Below, one piece after another: positions 47,146-60,143 of a DNA stretch of 64,000 nucleotides. The DNA comes from Eledone cirrhosa (lineage: Eukaryota), in assembly GCA_964016885.1 (NCBI GenBank), contig OZ024750.1, positions 22,072,001 through 22,136,000 on the forward strand. The letters run 5' to 3'. Position 1 is the stretch's first letter. Every line of letters begins with the position of its first letter. A program made the translations under genes and the position numbers. The notes under the pieces were generated by a model, which saw only the letters and a program-made list of their open reading frames with translations, ran no database searches and was not told the origin of the DNA.

Positions 47146-48010
47146 CCAAATTGTCTTCTCTACTTGATATAATCAGAACAATATAGTCATTCCCTAAAAA
47201 AAAATGTTATCATTCTATGTTTATTTGTAGCCATTTTAATTCTCCCTATAATTAATGTATAACACTGACATAATTTTTCTTTACCCATAATTTTCTTTCT
47301 CAATTATTGATAATACTTTTCTGTATAAGTGCAGACCTTTAAGGTTTCGTTATATATTGTTATTTACATCTCTTTTTATCATTCCCTTGGTACAATTTAA
47401 TCGACAATCTGTTTCTATTTTCAATCTCCATATTCTAGTTAACACTGTTTTCCGATCTTTATATTTATATTGATTTCTTACATAGGAACAAGGCAAGAAC
47501 ATTTGAGGAAAAGACAAAGTTGATTAAATCAGCCATAATACTTAATTGGTACTTTATTTTATGGCTACCGGAAGGATGATAGGCGATGTTTAACACAAAG
47601 CCTACAATTTGTGGGGTGGATGAAGTCAATGAAATTGAGAACGGGAATAAATACGGCAAAGAATAAGTCCTAACGATTCTGCCAATCTACAGCCTCCATC
47701 TTTGCATTTCTATTGCTCTATTGTGATCACAATCCGGTTTATTTAATCGTTTTTATAATTATCTTTGGAGGGATTCGTTCATATTCTCGATTAATCTGTT
47801 TTAATTCTTATTTCAATTCTTTTCTGGCATGATTAGCGACCGGCAGATAACATCAGTGATGGCAAGATCGATGGGAACTGTTTCCTTTGTCCGCTCTGAT
47901 GATGACCGGCTCTTCTTTTTCTTCTTCTTCTTCTTCTTCTTCTTCTTCTTCTTCTTCTTCTTCTTCTTCCGAATGAAACAGTTCTAGTCCCGTAGAAGCT
48001 ATTTCTATAT

Positions 48011-48048
<38 letters not shown>

Positions 48049-48248
48049 AACGAGTAGGACCCCGACGGCTGAGCTCAAGCCGTTTCGACGGCTAATTCTG
48101 GACTAATTCTGAGTCCAGAATTAGCCGTCGAAACGGCTTGAGCTCAGCCGTCGGGGTCCTACTCGTTCGTATTACCCACTCTACTACCCTAAGTATTGAG
48201 TACTTTGGTGCGTTATGGTCCATCTGGTTCCTTACCACATTTCCTTCG

Positions 48249-48305
<57 letters not shown>

Positions 48306-49022
48306 AAAAAAGGTAAAGAATGACTTCACTTGTAGTTCTAAACAATTTGATTTAATTTTTTAATATTATAATATTATGAGTTGGTAGGTCTAGATCTATT
48401 TTTTTTAAATATATCTAAATGTACCAAGGATTTCACACATTTTCCAATATATACATATATATATATGTACACAACAAACACACGTATACATAATTTTCAA
48501 ACTTATTTCAACACTGCTTGAATATGAAGTACGTGTTCGTGTTTGAAGTGCTATCAAACACTTTTATTTACTAAAACATCTCCTACAACCACCACAACCC
48601 CCACCACACCACCACCACCGCCATCACCACCGCCACCACCTCCGCCACTCTATTATTTACTGAAATGTCTCCCACCACCAACACCATCACACACACACAC
48701 ACACCACCACCACCACCGCCACCACTACTTTATTATTTACTGGAATATCTCACGCTACTTCCTATCTTAGATTCTTGCTCTGTGATTGTGATAAGATGGG
48801 ATCCCAAAACAACTTAGCTACTTCTGAAACAATTAGACACAGCACAGCTATGGTTTCGGCTTTCAAATATACTCTATGAATATATAACAAAAATATATAT
48901 ATATATTGTATACACACACACACCCAAATACACAGTACACAGACACCAACACACACACCAACACACACACACACACACACACACACCCAAATACACAGTA
49001 CACAGACACCAACACACACACC

Positions 49023-49130
<108 letters not shown>

Positions 49131-49215
49131 GTGCAAATTTATACGGGAACAAAACAGAGAGGCAGACAAATAAAGGTTTATTAAGTTCACGCTTTTGAGA
49201 GTGGTGGTGGGGAAC

Positions 49216-49243
49216 GACGTTTCGGGCATAAGCCCTTCTTCAA
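49216..49243 (-). ncRNA. Minimal Penelope-type hammerhead-like motif
   Basis: UUGAAGA-a-gggc-uuau-gccc-GAAACGUC; first core base is variant and stem I is weak. Confidence 0.5.
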
Positions 49244-50154
49244 GATAAATAGGTTAGGAAGAGAGTTCTGAGGGTGTGTGGAAATACATTTAGAAAAAAG
49301 GGGGAAGGAGAACAAATAAAAATAAAAATAAACGAAAATAAATATAAGAATTAACAATAAGATGAGCAAGTGGTGGAAGGGTGTAAGGCGTGTAAGGGTG
49401 GTGGCGGGTGGAGTTGGGCGAGGGAGGCGGTGGGGTCGAAGCGGGGAAGGCTGAAGGTGGTGTTTGTGTATGTGTGTGTATGTTTGTGTACGGGAGTGTG
49501 TGTGTGTGTGTGTATGTGAGAAGAAGGACGAGGTTCCATGTTCTGGATTCCGGAGGTTGAGAGTGTAAATAAGTGGGGGTACGCACGTGTGTGTTTGTGT
49601 TTATATGTGGTGTGGAAGTGGTTATAAAATTTAAAATACGAGGAAATAATAGACAAAAATATGCCTAATTTTCTTCAAAATCCAGACTGCAGTTTCGCCG
49701 AATCCGTTAGCTCAGAGTCTGCACTATAAAAATGCATCATCACTGTGAGGTTGATAGGGATTATCAAGAGACCCCTCAAAAAAAGGACTGTTTCTTGATG
49801 CGTTCGTAGCAAGTGAGGAATTCTCGATATATATATATATATACATATACATGTCAGACTCAATTTAATCGTCAAGGAAGATGAAAAAAACTTACCTCAA
49901 CACTTAATTTTAAATGTTTAATTTTTAGTTTTTAATTCTTATAAATTCTTTTTAATTGTAACATTCAACATTTGATAGATGAACTTTACTAATACATCGA
50001 AACCGGTAATACTTTATATACTTTATAAAACTCTTTTTTAAAAGAATTGTCCCTCTCATTTTTTTTCAATAATGTCAGTTTGACGAATATATTTTCCGTG
50101 CTATTTCCAATTTCACCTTCTCTCTCTCTCTCTCTCACTCACTCTCACTCCCCC

Positions 50155-50262
<108 letters not shown>

Positions 50263-51271
50263 TTGTTTCACTGATATATATATATTTACCATATTTCTAA
50301 TGAAATACACTGCTTATAGTTTCAAATAATTTAGACAGACAATAATCAAGAATTTAGAAGGATTTACAAGTAGTTATCTAACTGACTTCCTCGTTATTAA
50401 GCCGCTACTAAGAACATAACTTAACAAAGGCCCTTACATATATTTACCATGGAAAATGTTCAGATAAATATTAACACTTTAAAAATTAAAGCTATGTATC
50501 ATAAAACCAGGAATGATTTCGGGTGGTTTGATGGCAAAAGAGTTAATTGAATAACTAACCTGATACTTATTTTATTAATCCCAGGGTAATGTAAAGTATA
50601 GTCGACCTCGGGAAAATTTAGACTGAACGTCGTAATATAATCTAACAAAGTTTCTGTTAATTAATTTGGTGTCTTATTAAATGTGTCTATGAAAAGCGGG
50701 TGTGAGTGAATGAGTGTATGTCAGCATTATTAACCCTGTCGTCTGAAGCCTGCCTCTCTACTCCTACACTAATGTGTCGTCCGCCTTGTAGTCCCGGCGG
50801 ACAGGATAGAGAAAACATTGTCCCGGAGGACTGCGGGCAGCTAACTCCGCCCCGATAGCAGCGAGCAGGAATGTGGTCCAAAGGCAAAGAACGCTAGCAA
50901 TTTCCAAGGCGGTGAACTGGCAGAGTTGTTAGGGCGCCGCTATTTGTTCCAGCTCAATGCGCTTTCAGTTCAAATCACACCGAGGTCAATAAAATACTAG
51001 GGTTCTCTCTCTCTTTCTCTTTCTCTCTCTCTCTCTTTCTCTCTCTGGAAGAAATCGTCCGACATAGAGAGGGATGGGCTCCACCAGGTTTAAAATACCA
51101 AGGACACGCAGTGTGTCAAGAGGTCGCCTTACAACTCAATAAAGGACTCAATGCTACTTGTTTGTTTTTGTTGTTGTTTGTAGCTTCTGTATGTAGTTTC
51201 TAATAAAATATGACTAAGATCTGTCGAAGTGCTTTTATCTTAAACGTCAAATATTTACACCCCTCACAAGA

Positions 51272-51344
<73 letters not shown>

Positions 51345-52290
51345 TGTATAGACAACAGTGCTCATAGAAAATGGATTTTAGGACCATTTTCACAGAGCTT
51401 ACCATTCGTCTGACAGGCGAACAAATACTCCACTACAATCATTTTATATACTACTTTCTCTTTCTCTCTTTCCCTCTCACTCTCTCTCACATACACATAC
51501 ACACACACACACGCAGACTTACACACATACGAATACTCACTCTTACCATCCCCTTTCCAGCATGACTGACATTTGACATAAAATAATACAACAGCTCTAA
51601 TATAATATGATAGACTGTTGCCGACTCAAATCCATATTAGTGTCCTTGATTCTGTATTTCAAACCTAAATACTGCAATACATTTTGTTTAACGTCATTTC
51701 TTTCAATTATCGTTCTATTTATAATCATAATTAGCTTTGATTGTCTAAATCCAAAATCCTGAAGGCGCGTGGCTTAGTGGTTAAGTTTGCTAGACCTGCC
51801 AACCTCTAAAAACGCAAAAAGAGTACCATGCAACGCAACAAATACATTGTACAAAAATTACAACAGTTCAAAACTGAACAATTATTTGCTACTATTCAAC
51901 CATGCAAAAACATATATATCTGAATAAGGTATGCCCAAATTATAGTAGATTCAAATATCACAGAGAGAAAGAGAGAAAGAGAGAAGGGGGAAATGAGGTG
52001 CGACAGAAATGAAACATGGATTACAGGTTAAAATATTGTCTAGATAGATGAGAAGCAAAACGAGGATGTAGTTTATGGAACACCCAAATGATTTAGAAGT
52101 CGAGCTTAAGTAGGAGCAATAACTTTAAGAAATACTTGAATGGCACCTCCATCATTTTGCATTGAAAATTTTGAAAGTAGGTTTATAAGTATGAATTTTC
52201 AGTAGATTTTCGTAGCTCTCGAACTTCAGACTAGGATCACCACCGTCTTTGATTCCTCCAACTAGGCCGCCGAGATAGCTACATAAGTAT

Positions 52291-52485
52291 AATTGTTTCT
52301 ACTTTTGGCACAAGGCCAGCAATTATCCATCAGTGTATTACTGGTACTTTATTTTATCGACCCCGTAAGGATGAAAGGCAAAGTTAACCTCGGCGGGATT
52401 TGAACTCAGAATGGCAAGGGCCGTAACTCAATGCGTCAAAGCATGGCGTCCGACCCTCTACCGATACTGCCAATCCACCGCCCTT
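52291..52485 (-). mobile_element. Full-length family-1 SINE with 19-bp TSD (representative copy; others near 4663, 10581, 12221, 24755, 25180, 25758, 27481, 27930, 34139, 35075, 45762, 53400, 55848)
   Basis: A and B boxes plus core; TSD atagctacataagtataat at 52275-52293 and 52492-52510. Confidence 0.9.
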
Positions 52486-54381
52486 AACGCCATAGCTACA
52501 TAAGTATAATGAAAATTAATAATTATAAACCTGCTTTCAAAATCAAAGTTAAAAAGATGTAGTGTCGTTCATGGCTTTCCTAGAGCTATTAGTCATATTT
52601 AGGGTCGACTTGTCAATCATCTGGCTCTTTTGTAACAACCTTATTATTACTATGTGTGTTTAACTGTTGAATTAATTTAATTTAATTATTTTAACAAACA
52701 AATAATATATATATATATATATAATGCCAATCATTGTAAGTTTGAATCTAACTGACATGCAAAAACATATATATATGAATAAGGTAAGCCCAAATCATGG
52801 TAGATTCAAATATCACAGAGAGACGACCCAATATTTTATATATTTGTATAAATTTGTTTTCTTTCTAGAAATTTCCACAAATTTCATACTTGACGACCCA
52901 ATATTTGTATAAATTTGTTTTCTTTCTACAACTTTCTACAAATTTCATACTTGACGACCCAAAATTTGTAGAAATTTGTTTTCTTTCTACAAATTTCTAC
53001 AAATTGCATACTGGACGACTCAATATCAACTAGAACATTTGTAATCAAAACCGACTAAGGTCCAAGAATAACATTTAACGCTATTTCTGTCTATTATCGC
53101 TCTGTTTATATTCATAATCATTAACTTTACTTGCCTAAGGCCCTCAGTTTTAATTAGCTAAAAATAATCAATTGTTTCTAATGACCTTAATAACATTAAT
53201 TATAACATTGACTTCATTATAAATTCTAAAAGATAGTTGCTATTGTTCTTGTTCGTGTTGTTATTGGTGGTGGTGGTGGTGTGGTGTTGGTCGTGGTTGG
53301 GGTGGTGGTATGTGGTGATGGCGGTGGATTGGGGTAGTGGGGGTGGTAGTAGTGGTGGTGGTTTTAGTAGAAACCATTAATGTCCAGAAGGACGGTCTAT
53401 TGGCAGTATCGGTAGAGGGTCGGACGCCATGCTTTGCAGCATAGAGTTACGGCCCTTTAGGATCTGAGTTCAAATCCCGCCAAGGTTAACTTTGCCTTTC
53501 ATCCTTACGGGGTCGATAAAATAAAGTACCAGTCACGCACTGGGGTCGATTTAATCGACTTTCTCCCCTCCCCCCGAAAATTACTGGCCTTGTGCCTATA
53601 TAAGAAACCATTAATGTCCAGGAGAGTAGTGGAGTGGTAGAATTAGTAGAGCGTCGGATAATAAGCCAGTGCAGTATTTGTTTGACTCTTTCCATTCTGA
53701 GCTCAAATCCCGCAAAGATCAACTTTGCCTTTCAACTTTCCGAGGTCAATAAAATAAAGTACCACTCAAATACTAGGGTTGATTTAATCAACATTGCCCT
53801 AATCCCAAATTTGCAAATCTTGTGCTTAAATTAGATATCAATATTTCTTTAAAATTGTGGATTTGCAGAATCGTTGGAGCGTCGGATAAAATACCATGGT
53901 GGTATTTGTTCTGACTTTTAATATTCTAAGTTCAAATTTTGCCTTTCATCCTTCCAGAGTCGATAAAATTAATTTCCAGTTGGTTCGTTTAATAACCGGA
54001 TAGTTGTTTATCTATTGTCAAAGCTCTTTCGTCACATATTCTGTGACCTCCTCATTGACTAATTTGTTATTTTGTGTCCCTCCTTTGTTCTGTCCTACAC
54101 CACAAAGCTTCAAGAACACAGGCATCGCTTGATATGTGATGTGACATCGTTTGCGTTGCATGACATAGCTAGCCGTAGGCAAGTCCCAAGCGGGACTAAA
54201 AAGCCACGCCTGTGCTACTCAGGCTTATGTATCAAGCGATAGCATTACTCGAAATCGAATTGTAGCCATTATATATATATAATGGGTAATTGCTGGCCTT
54301 GTGCCAATCGTAGAAACAATTATATATATATATGTGTGTGTGTCGGGTTCAATTGGGGGTAACCACAGTAAAGTACTCAAT

Positions 54382-54462
54382 ACACACGCTGATGAACCGA
54401 GACTAGACCATTTCTTTCAACAAATCTTTTAGTGAAACATATCTTTGGATTTGTACGTGTGT
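54382..54462 (+). ncRNA. Type I hammerhead ribozyme motif
   Basis: Stem I acacacg/cgtgtgt, CUGAUGA (54389-54395), imperfect stem II, GAAA (54434-54437), stem III ACA-u-AUC/GAU-u-UGU, cleavage triplet GUA (54453-54455). Confidence 0.8.
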
Positions 54463-54713
54463 TATATAGTTATAGAGGTATTTATTTACGCTTTAATTTA
54501 TATTTTTAATTATCGTGTCTATAGTCTGCCTTTCATAGGTTATAGATTTCATACACTGGTGGTTTTTTCCCTGTATTATTGATAACGCACTATATATCTC
54601 TCTCTGGTGTGTTACCTTCTCAATATATTATATTTTAAAGGGCTCAGGATCTCTTCCCCTTTGAGCACATTATTTACAGGGAATAACGACGGCCTATGCC
54701 TCCGTTAATTTAT

Positions 54714-54752
<39 letters not shown>

Positions 54753-54840
54753 ATGATATTAAATAAATGGAAACTATATTTATAAAACCATATGTATTGA
54801 GTACCTTACTGTGGTTACAACCCACTTGAACCAACGCGAA

Positions 54841-54895
<55 letters not shown>

Positions 54896-55033
54896 GGCTA
54901 CAATTCGATTTCGAGTAATATCATTGAATATTTACTCCAGTAACTGTTGAGTGCTCTAAATCAGTTATAAACATTTATATTTGTCGGACTTCCAACAAAT
55001 TAAATACCCCTTCTACTCATATATATATATGTG

Positions 55034-55072
<39 letters not shown>

Positions 55073-55179
55073 CACGCGTGTGTGTGTGCGTGCACGCGTG
55101 TGGGGGGGTATGTATGTATGTATGTATGTATGTATGTATGATGGTATCCAATGATGTTGACTTGTTCTTCTTTTTGGTA

Positions 55180-55480
55180 AATATCATCTTGGTTAAGAGA
55201 GTGGGACTGGCTTTGTGCAGTGCCTTTGTTCACTATAAAAGCTTCACGGCACAGGCATTGCTTTATATCTGGAGATCTCTCTGCACTTGTCGTCACATGG
55301 TACCATGGGCCCAGCACTATGTGTCAATAATTGTCACAAGTGTAGTGTTTGTACCAGAGTTTTCAAGTCGCTGGCTGGACTAAAAAGTCACACTCGTTCA
55401 GCGCATCGGTAGGGGTTCTCCTACATGGATATAAAGTAGTGGCCGTACTCGAAAACGAGTTGGTAGCCACCATGTATGTA
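55180..55480 (+). mobile_element. RTE-like LINE extreme 3' end with C2H2 finger
   Basis: 55341-55412 reads CSVCTRVFKSLAGLKSHTRSAHR*, followed by a short UTR and an (ATGT)n tail. Confidence 0.65.
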
Positions 55481-56144
55481 TGTATATATATATATATCAA
55501 GGAAGTAAAAAACAAACAAGAGGATGCATTAACATAAAGTCGTATTAGTTTCATGCTTAAATGTAAGCAGTAACTGTTTGTGACCATTAACTAACAAATA
55601 TTTATAGCACCATTAAACATATGTAAGACATAATATGTAAAATAAAATGTAATAACAACAATGTTTATGGCCATTTTGGAAGTTGTGGGAAACTGGAGTG
55701 TCTCGGAGATGTTTTTGTGTTTCAATGTTTGACATGGGATTTCTAGTGACAACAACAACAGCAACAGCAACGACGAGAACAGCGAAGGTTTTAACAAATA
55801 CAAACAGAGTGACTTTCCTATGTGTTATTTTTCATGATTATATTATTTAATTGTTTCTACTTTTGGTACAAGGCCAGCAATTACACAGTATATTACTAGT
55901 ACTTTATTTTATCGACCCCGTAAGGATGAAAGGCAACGTTAACCTCAACGGGATTTGAACTCAGACCGTAAAGGGACGTAACTATGCTGGAAAGCATGGC
56001 GTCCGACCCTCCATTGATACTGCCAATTCACCGCACTTAATGCGTTCTAACTCATATATTAGGTAGTCAAGTATGAAATTTGTAGAAATTTGTGTTTTTT
56101 TTCTACAAATTTCTACCGATTTCATACTTGACGACCTTGTATAA

Positions 56145-56256
<112 letters not shown>

Positions 56257-56258
56257 AT

Positions 56259-56886
56259 GTTCTTCTGGTTTTATAATTTTATATATGTTTTACCAATAGA
56301 GAGAGAGCCGGTTTCTAACATAGACACAAGACTCTCTTATTGGAATTTACACAACATCAACTAGGTAGATATGTATGCACGTCTGCATGCATGTGTGTGT
56401 AGGTATGGCTGTTATTGTATGTGTGGATGTGGATGTTTTGAGTTATATGTGTGCATGTGCATATGCTTTGTATCTGTACAAGTGTATATGCAGTTATTAA
56501 ATGCAGAATTTTTGGTATGTTTTACATATTTTTACTGTTCCATTAATGGATTGTACTTGTAATTTCCTAACTAGTCGTGTTCTTTCTGTTTCTGTGAAGC
56601 CCAGCTTCTCAAGATTTGTATTGAGGCAGTTACTAACATATCTCAGTGCCACAATAATCACAGATATAAATCTGAAGGTATAGTCAGGATGGAGTATCTC
56701 CAGATTTCTCATTTGTTCTACATAAATATTCTCCTTTTCGCTGATCTTTGATATTATATTGGCATCTGCTGGACAGCTAACTTCCACTACTGTACATGCC
56801 TTCTTTTCCTTGTCCCGTATCATTATATCTGGTCTGTTATGTTTGCATTTTATTGGGGTTTTGACTGGAACATTCCACCAGTACAT
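56259..56886 (-). mobile_element. R4/Dong-type LINE 3' fragment (restriction-like endonuclease domain plus 3' UTR)
   Basis: YWWNVPVKT...HNRPDIMIRDK...VVEVSCPAD.NI..K..EKENIY is an RLE PD-(D/E)xK-type signature; the UTR is shared with the copy at 14320. Confidence 0.85.
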
Positions 56887-57135
56887 ATATGTATGTATGA
56901 TACTAGGACCAAATTTGGTAGGAGATTTGGTTCCTATTTCAAACAGGCCAAGCTACCGCCTCGCAGGCTCGTTGTCAATTGTCACAGCACAACAGCACGT
57001 CTTTAGTACAGTTCCCACGCAACGGCTGTCTTTATCTGAGTCTGATTATAAAAGACACCATTAATACTACAGTGCCATTATCATTGTACTGTTATCCTAT
57101 CAATACTGTTTCTTTTCTTTCTTTTTCTCTCCTCC

Positions 57136-57211
<76 letters not shown>

Positions 57212-57287
57212 TTCTAATTAATGGTAGTATCTTAGATTTATAGCAGCAAGTGGGTGTACACACGTACATATATACTTACATATATAC

Positions 57288-57375
<88 letters not shown>

Positions 57376-57531
57376 TATAAATATATTGTAGATAACTAAC
57401 TACTTACGTCAGAGAGGGACATAGTAACTAGGCTTCATGTATGCTTTACGCTTGTGTGTGTGTGTATGTATGTATGTATGTATGTATGTACATATATATA
57501 TATATATATATATGTGTACATACATACATAC

Positions 57532-57578
<47 letters not shown>

Positions 57579-57591
57579 CATATATATATAT

Positions 57592-57687
<96 letters not shown>

Positions 57688-59641
57688 ATACGTACGCACA
57701 TCCACCGCCAACGGTTAGAATTGTAAACATGAATTATATATATGATATTTACGAGTACAAAACTTGAGACAGAAAAACCAGAACAACTCCCAGAGGAGAT
57801 GAATCACATATCTGTCTAATATATAATATATATTTCTTAATATATAAATGTTGATGTATGCTGGCTAGATTAGTATATTTCTTCTCAACAAAGAATGTTG
57901 ATCCCATCAATGTCAACTTCGCCTTTCCTTTGGGTGTCTATAAAATTGAGTTCCATATGGTTGTGGATTGGTAGAATTGTTAAAGTGTCCACCATAATTC
58001 TATGTTGCATTTGATATCTGGCTCTATATGTCCTCAATTCAAGCCCCGTCGAGGTAAATTCAAATCCTGTCGGAGGGGCAGTGGTTTGGCGAAATTGTTC
58101 AAGGCTCGAAAGAGATTCTTTGTGGCATCTGATCCGATTCTGTACGTTCTAAGTTCAAATCTTCAGGGTCAATAAATAAAGAAGTGGTTCAAAGGGCAAT
58201 GGATTGGTGGAGTTGTTCAAGGATTGGAAAGGGTGCTTTATGGAATTCTGACAATCTTGTAATAGCACTTTATTTTATCAATATCGAAAGGATGAAATGC
58301 AAACTTCACCTCAGTAATATTTGAACTCGAGTTGAAGAGAGACAGAACAAATGCCACAATGCATCTCATCCGACGCTCAAACAATTCCGCCAACCCGCCG
58401 CTCTGTGCTGATACTTTATTTTATCGAGCCCAAATGAATAAAAGTCAAACGGCTGGATTTGAACTCAGAACGCAGAACCGGAATAAATACTGCAAGTAAT
58501 GTTGTCCTACGTTCTAATGTCAAATTCAGCGGATCAAATACTGCAATATATTTTCTTCGGGCGCTCAAACAACTCTGCCAATTATTTTTTCAAACCTGAT
58601 ATTAACCTGTATCTCTCATTTTACTAATAACTATTATTTAAAGGCTTAAACTTATTTTGCTTGTTAGGCTGCTTCTCGCCTGAAAGAAGCTTAATACTGA
58701 CTATGAAACAACACCATATCACTACTCTGCTGTTAGTAACTAGCTTCCGCTTAATCTGAATGGATGATGTTATTTCAAACAGTGAAACATTAAATGTCTC
58801 ACTCTTGGCAGGCGAACAACAAAAGTTGTACTAGTTAATCCAGTTTAGAATTTAGCTTTGGCCTTAATGAAATATATCGTCATTTCAGACTTTACATCCG
58901 ATGTACGCCAAACTGAATGTTGTAGCCATAGTTAATGGCGTGTCACTTTGATAAATAGTTATATACTGCAAGTTGTTAAAGATGTTCGACCCCTGATTGT
59001 AAGGTCGTGAGTTCGATACCAGACCGTGCTATGAGTTGTGTCTTTAAGCAAGTTACTTTATTTCACTTTATTGCAAAGCATCATCATTTCTGACTTTAGA
59101 TTCGATACACAGTTATTTATATAGAAATGATTGAAACCAACAAAATGGTTTCGCACCATTTAATTGAGAGTACCATTTTAAAACACTAGATCGGGCAACA
59201 GAAAAATAAATCTTTCTGTTGGTATGATGTGTGTGTGATAAAACAAACAGCACAGATAGAAAGATGAAAGAAAACAAAGAAAAGGAAAATAATGGGATAG
59301 TGGACCTCAAGCTGTGGTGTCTATCCTAAATGGAAAGCTAATCATTGATATGATAAAGTTAAATGTAAAAAACAATTATGTCTCTTCCGGTCACTTCTGT
59401 GCGCCAACACACTTCCCATTGTCCTCTTCCTCTTTCAATTTGTTCTATATTTGTTCTATATTTCATCTGCCTGTCACTCACCTTGTCGATTGTCTCTCTG
59501 TTGACCACTGGCCACTGGTCTCTGTCCTCCGAGGCAGTTTTGCCCAACGCTGTCTTTAACAGCATTTAGTTGTTTTAAGGGCTCTTTTAGCGATGAGTTT
59601 TCTCATTTTTTTATGTATTCAAATACACTCTTGCTTCGTCT

Positions 59642-59642
<1 letters not shown>

Positions 59643-59719
<77 letters not shown>

Positions 59720-59847
59720 TTCTTTATTAGCCACAGGGGCACAAAAGAAGGGGACAAATACAAAGGGGGAAGTTTACATACAATAAAAACGTGTAAAATG
59801 TTATCACAGATGGATTTTAAAAGTTAGTCGATTTTCCCCAATAGAGG
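59643..59847 (-). mobile_element. Second, diverged 3' terminus of a related Tx1-like element followed by (TCTA)n
   Basis: Similar to the terminal UTR of the full element (ttgtccc...ttttg..gccc...gtggc.aataaa.gaaat), with AATAAA at 59723-59728 and a long (TCTA)n at 59643-59719. Confidence 0.7.
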
Positions 59848-59879
<32 letters not shown>

Positions 59880-60143
59880 TATTTCTTTTATTTGCCACTA
59901 GGGCATCAAAAGTGGGACAAGTACAAAGGGGGGAGTTTACACAAAAAGGCGTCCTCAATAAGGAGGAGGCAATAACAAAATATAAAAATAAAATAAGATA
60001 TAACAAAAAATAACATTTTTAACAAAATCCTCAATAGAGAGGAGGCGCCTTGGGGGGTCGCACACACCCCCGAAAAAAGTGTGCAACCCTTCTCCTCAGG
60101 AGCACAGAGAAGGGGTGCTCCCTTGGTCTTTCATCTTCCTCAC

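Noticed and set aside
55305-55412. Host C2H2 zinc-finger gene
   Set aside because: A single finger followed by a stop, short UTR and microsatellite tail fits an RTE 3' end better.
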